Assembly: GCA_040285825.1 (NCBI GenBank)
Contig: JAUPSS010000002.1
Location: 2,170,001 to 2,234,000 of the forward strand
Source: Eukaryota sp. TZLM1-RC
Lineage: Eukaryota; Protista; Metamonada: BaSk clade
Reading direction: 5' to 3'
Length of the DNA: 64,000 nt
In this document: in pieces, positions 59,673 through 64,000 of the stretch
How positions within the stretch are numbered: the first letter of the stretch is position 1
Layout: every line of letters begins with the position of its first letter
Made by a program: the position numbers and the translations under genes
Notes under the pieces: model-generated
What the model was told of the DNA's origin: nothing
The model's database searches: none
Seen by the model: only the letters and a program-made list of their open reading frames with translations

Positions 59673-62246
59673 TTATTTATTTACCTTAGCTGAACAATGA
59701 AAATGGCAAACTGAATTATCTGGAAGAAAAGCAATTGCTGCAGACCCTATTCGTTTAGAACATATTGAACAGCTGCTGTTTAACGTCACAGTCACACTTC
59801 GCTTTTGGATAGCTATCAATTCTGCCATTGTTTTCAAAGAAGATAAGTGCAAAAAGTTGCGATGAACAGACAAAGTTCTCGCTTTAGAAGCTGTATGATC
59901 CATAACCGACTTGAGAAAAGGAAGAATGTCTTCCAATTTAGTTGAGGGATCCAAAATATCCAAGGCGGAGATAGAATCTATATTATGAGACCACCTACAT
60001 AAACAATCAATAGCAAGTTTCTTCAAAGGTTTTTGACCTTCTGGAGGACTCATCAAGACCGTAAATAACGTTAGAAAAATATTTTTTGAATTTGGATCAT
60101 TTTTATAAACATGATTGCAATAATCTTCTGCTAATGAAACGTTCTCCAACTTAAAAACAAAAATAGAAACAACTTCCAAATGATTGCCTAATTGTTTATG
60201 TAGAATAGCTCTTTCTTCGAATAAAGGTGCAGTGGGGGGAAACACAGAGGGAATTAATAAATATTCGGGCTGATAAAAATTCGAATTATTTAAAAAATAA
60301 AGAAATCGATTTCTCAAATGTCCAAGTTTTCCACCTTCAGAGCCAGCGGGGAGTCTTCTCGGAGGTAAATAATAGCTTGAACTCTCAATGAGCAGACTAA
60401 GTTCGGCCAAAAAAGCTTTTCCTAATGAATTATGAAGAGTGGTATCTTGGTAATTAAAATCATAAATTAAATGTTCATAAAAGGGAATTAAAGAGGATGG
60501 TTGATTAGCTTCTATAAAAGCAATAGTCAGTTTTGGCTCAATCAACATTTGCTCTTCCATTAGGGTAAATACAGATAAAAATAAAGAAGGCTTCAGAGAC
60601 AAAACTTTTTTCGCATTGTGAAAAACAAATTCAGGATCAGAATTTCCGACCTTGGCTAAATAAATTGCTATATCTGAATAAGAGAAACTTTGATTTGAAT
60701 CGTTATTATTATTGTTATTTTGAACAAGATTAAACAGTAGTTCTATAGCCTTTTTGTGACATTTTTTAATTGAATAAAGAACCAAAACCTCCCTATAAAG
60801 GTGCTTTTGTTTTAAAACTCGCGAAATTTCTGACAATGAGCAGTGAATTTGACCTGAATTCAGAAATTCCAAAATTCTTGCTTGGTCGACTCTAGCTAAT
60901 GATTTGATTAAAGCTGTGTCAATAAGCTCTAACACCGACAAGACTTTTTCAGACTGATCTCTTTTCAAGAATTTCGCTCTTGTCGGAAAAAGATAGTTTA
61001 ACAATGACTTGTGAGCCGAATCCAACTGCAAACTCCCTAAAATCCCATCAGTTTTGGTTATTTCCGCTGGTAGCAAGTCGGGAAACAAAGCCAAAACTTC
61101 TTGAGGAGGAGTTTCCCCTTCCAAAAAATAAGTAAATGCCGATTCAAATTCATTCTGCTCAAACAAATACCTTCCAAAAGCCTGGCAAACTTGGCGTTTA
61201 AGCCCCTTTGCCTCATTATCATTACCAAACATTCCAACTACTTCCAAAGCCTTTTCAAACTCATTTACTTCTAGGCAACCATCCACCAGCTTGGGAAAAG
61301 TATTAGCTTGGAATCGAGACACGCTATGGCCTGAGGCTATGAAGTAGCACTCGCTATTGCCAAGGCAGCTACACGTGTGCTTAATTTCATCAGAATTTAA
61401 ATATTGGGTAGTAATCAAACCAAATCCAGAATTAAGTAGCCGTAGTTCAATTGATCTATCAAAAACAACAATAAATAAACTTTTAGAAACAAAGCTACCA
61501 ACAGGTTTTCTCTCCCAAATAGGGCACTTATCTTTAGCCCGGGTGTGTCGTCCCATTGAATCCACTGTTGCCCCAATAAAGTTATTACTAGAAGTCGTAC
61601 GTAACAGCAACAATTCATTAGGAGAAAGAGAACAAAGCATTGAGTTGTTGGACCTAGATGGATTGAATAACGTAATCACAATTCTTTTTGAAGCCGTATC
61701 AATAATTGAATATTGTTCTTTTTTGAGGGAAGCAACTAAAAGACCATAGCACCAGGTTAAAGAGATGGGTGCTTCGGAAATGGGTACTTCAAATAGTTGC
61801 TCAGTCTGGGCAGCTGAATCCTTAATACGGTGAACGATAACTCTTTTACGGTGAGCTGTGGCCAAAAGATGGTTGTTGGCTTGGCTCTCGTAGGCAAAAG
61901 CGTAGACTGGATCCTTTACTGGTGGAATCTGGGAAAGGAAAGGTGAGGGAAAGCGCTTGACATTGAGTTGCTCAACGTAAAGGCAGTAGTTGGAGATAAA
62001 AAGCATGAGGTTTAAGGATGGTGAAACAATGATATTGGAGATCTCTTTCTTGCTGACACGACCAGTAGCAGCTAAAAGAGGACGACCATAAGAACGGATT
62101 TCCGGCTGGTAAAGGACAAGAGTACCATCTTCGGTTCCAATAAGGAGATTTAGCTCATCTGATTGCCACGCACAAATGGAGCTGACAGAAACAGGAAGAT
62201 CATCAAGTATTTTCGTAACCTCAAAACCAGGAAAGGTCAATGTCAT
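59673..62246 (-). CDS. VPS39: HOPS subunit Vps39/Vam6-like
   Basis: N-terminal CNH propeller, IDTALIK, HNSLGKAFL, clathrin-like repeat (ERAIL...LAEDYC), C-terminal CSICSKRIG...HFHC. Confidence 0.88.
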   Translation of the reverse strand: MTLTFPGFEVTKILDDLPVSVSSICAWQSDELNLLIGTEDGTLVLYQPEIRSYGRPLLAATGRVSKKEISNIIVSPSLNLMLFISNYCLYVEQLNVKRFPSPFLSQIPPVKDPVYAFAYESQANNHLLATAHRKRVIVHRIKDSAAQTEQLFEVPISEAPISLTWCYGLLVASLKKEQYSIIDTASKRIVITLFNPSRSNNSMLCSLSPNELLLLRTTSSNNFIGATVDSMGRHTRAKDKCPIWERKPVGSFVSKSLFIVVFDRSIELRLLNSGFGLITTQYLNSDEIKHTCSCLGNSECYFIASGHSVSRFQANTFPKLVDGCLEVNEFEKALEVVGMFGNDNEAKGLKRQVCQAFGRYLFEQNEFESAFTYFLEGETPPQEVLALFPDLLPAEITKTDGILGSLQLDSAHKSLLNYLFPTRAKFLKRDQSEKVLSVLELIDTALIKSLARVDQARILEFLNSGQIHCSLSEISRVLKQKHLYREVLVLYSIKKCHKKAIELLFNLVQNNNNNNDSNQSFSYSDIAIYLAKVGNSDPEFVFHNAKKVLSLKPSLFLSVFTLMEEQMLIEPKLTIAFIEANQPSSLIPFYEHLIYDFNYQDTTLHNSLGKAFLAELSLLIESSSYYLPPRRLPAGSEGGKLGHLRNRFLYFLNNSNFYQPEYLLIPSVFPPTAPLFEERAILHKQLGNHLEVVSIFVFKLENVSLAEDYCNHVYKNDPNSKNIFLTLFTVLMSPPEGQKPLKKLAIDCLCRWSHNIDSISALDILDPSTKLEDILPFLKSVMDHTASKARTLSVHRNFLHLSSLKTMAELIAIQKRSVTVTLNSSCSICSKRIGSAAIAFLPDNSVCHFHCSAKVNK

Positions 62247-62392
62247 GAGATGTTCGCAAGAGTAAAACAAGGATCAGTAAGGATGTGGTTTGTGTGAGTG
62301 GGTAGTAATTGAAACACAAAACAAAAAAATCAATGAAATCAAGTATTCAGGTGGCCACATTGTTCAAACAATTATAAACAGTATCTGTGCGA

Positions 62393-64000
62393 ATGAGTTG
62401 TCCCTTCCACACAATTGCTCGAATACGACCCTTTCTTCCAGAAGAAGCAGATTCTTCCCCTATATCTTTTGATTGTTCTTCATCACCGCCTTCTGTTATT
62501 CTTTCAGGAAAGGGAACATTAGCAGGAATAGCCCGTCGATACCCTTTCCATGAAGTTTATGGACCAAACTCTTCACAATCAGACCTTTTCTCATCCCACA
62601 TAACTTCCCTCCTTGACAGTACTCTCAATGGAAACAATACTTCTGTTCTTACTTTCGGTGCTACCAACACCGGTAAAACCTGGACGCTATTTGGAAAATC
62701 AGATCAGTCTCTAGATTCTATAACGACGAGGCTTTCACCATCAAGTGGTCTTGTTCCAAGGTCCTTAGAGTATTTATTCAAATCATTACCTCCCAATCAT
62801 TTCCTTTCTCTTTCGCTAATTGAAATCTATAGTTCAAACGATAGGGATTATGTTATTGATCTCCTTAGCCCGTATGAGCCAGAAGTTACCCCCAATAAGA
62901 AAACCCTCTCCTTAGCTTGGAATGAGGATCGGTTTGAAGTCAAGGATAACATTAAGGGGGATTGTAACAGTCTGGTGGATGCGTTGTTTCTTGTTCAAGT
63001 AGGATTGGAGAATAGATCAGTGAGGGATCGTGACATTTATGGGACAAACAACAGTAAATATTTACCAAGCTCTAGGAGTCATTGCCTGCTTTGTATTAAT
63101 GTTAGGTCAAAAAAGTCAAGAAGAATCCTTGGGGCTATCACGTTTGCTGATTTGGCAGGCAGTGAACGTTTCAACCCTGAAAACAATCGAGAATCATCAT
63201 CAATCAATCAATCACTTTCCGTTCTATCCAAGGTGATTTCCTCTCTTAAATCTTCCCCTCCTTCATCCACGTTCATACCTTGGAGGGAGTCAACCTTAAC
63301 CAAGCTATTATGGCCCTGTCTGGATCCTTCAAGGTGCACTACTGATTCCTTTAAGACAGTGCTCATCACCACTCTCTCCCCTTGTTTTAAGGACTGGAGT
63401 GGTTCGCTTCAAGGATTGTTGGTAGCAACTTGTGCTCAAAGCGTAGTGGCTGGGGGTAGGAAGAGTCCATCGTTGTTTGATAGTTTAGGTCTGGAAAAGA
63501 GTTGCCGAAACTGTGAAGAATTGGGCAAACAAAATGAATACTTGAGAAGAGAACTATCAATTCTTCAGAAAAGTTTATCAGAGTTTGAAGTAAATGCTCC
63601 CAAATGTGTAGACGGTAAAGCTGCTGTGAAAGCTCTTCTGGATGCTAATCACTTGCTAAGATATAACTTGGCAATTGTTGAACAGGACAGAAATTCACTA
63701 TCAAGTCAAAGTGCTGATTTATTCAGGTACATTGCCCAGTTAGAAGAAACAATAGAGGAGGTCAAAGCCAATCAATCAAATCATCAAATGATTGATCGTG
63801 GAACAGACACTCCTTGCTTTGTTGAAGATCCAATCAGCTTGGTAGAATCTCAACTTGAACATGAAGGGTTAATTGAAGGAAACGGTTTAGAGATTGATCA
63901 ATTTTCTATCCATAGTAAACGCTCAATTCAAACAGAACCACCAAGACCAAAATCGGCAACTTCCTCTGTCAAACTTTCATTTTCTAACCCCCGACCCTCA
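62393..64000 (+). CDS. Kinesin motor protein (3' end outside window; absent from the ORF track)
   Basis: ATG at 62393, ARIRP, P-loop GATNTGKT, SSRSH, DLAGSER, IPWRESTLTKLL, then coiled coil. Confidence 0.92.
   Translation, partial: MSCPFHTIARIRPFLPEEADSSPISFDCSSSPPSVILSGKGTLAGIARRYPFHEVYGPNSSQSDLFSSHITSLLDSTLNGNNTSVLTFGATNTGKTWTLFGKSDQSLDSITTRLSPSSGLVPRSLEYLFKSLPPNHFLSLSLIEIYSSNDRDYVIDLLSPYEPEVTPNKKTLSLAWNEDRFEVKDNIKGDCNSLVDALFLVQVGLENRSVRDRDIYGTNNSKYLPSSRSHCLLCINVRSKKSRRILGAITFADLAGSERFNPENNRESSSINQSLSVLSKVISSLKSSPPSSTFIPWRESTLTKLLWPCLDPSRCTTDSFKTVLITTLSPCFKDWSGSLQGLLVATCAQSVVAGGRKSPSLFDSLGLEKSCRNCEELGKQNEYLRRELSILQKSLSEFEVNAPKCVDGKAAVKALLDANHLLRYNLAIVEQDRNSLSSQSADLFRYIAQLEETIEEVKANQSNHQMIDRGTDTPCFVEDPISLVESQLEHEGLIEGNGLEIDQFSIHSKRSIQTEPPRPKSATSSVKLSFSNPRPS

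Overview
AT-rich (about 35% GC by eye), intron-poor, gene-compact eukaryotic DNA in the standard genetic code. It looks like a unicellular protist, possibly a metamonad-like flagellate; this is an inference only. Positions 1-17.3 kb hold one giant secreted beta-helix-like protein (over 5,600 aa) that ends in 1119-bp tandem repeats and runs off the window. Host genes are: FERM/coiled-coil protein, Rpp38/Pop3-like, ALG2, SRI-domain protein, SIM+RING ligase, an orphan, a signal-peptide L-asparaginase with a 29-nt intron, KCTD-type BTB, PRP40, PP2A B'' subunit, ERG8-type phosphomevalonate kinase, MYND/coiled-coil protein, VPS39 and a kinesin. They are interspersed with nested transposon debris: five Fanzor (eukaryotic TnpB-like RNA-guided nuclease) copies, at least five CRE-like RLE non-LTR retrotransposon pieces (three with poly-A and TSDs), an RT-less chromodomain Gypsy element with 81-bp LTRs, a solo LTR, and hAT and MULE remnants. 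The main highlight is a ~637-aa Fanzor that can be rebuilt by removing a LINE inserted right beside its RuvC-I aspartate. Also notable, three Fanzor copies end 50-215 nt upstream of co-directional host start codons.
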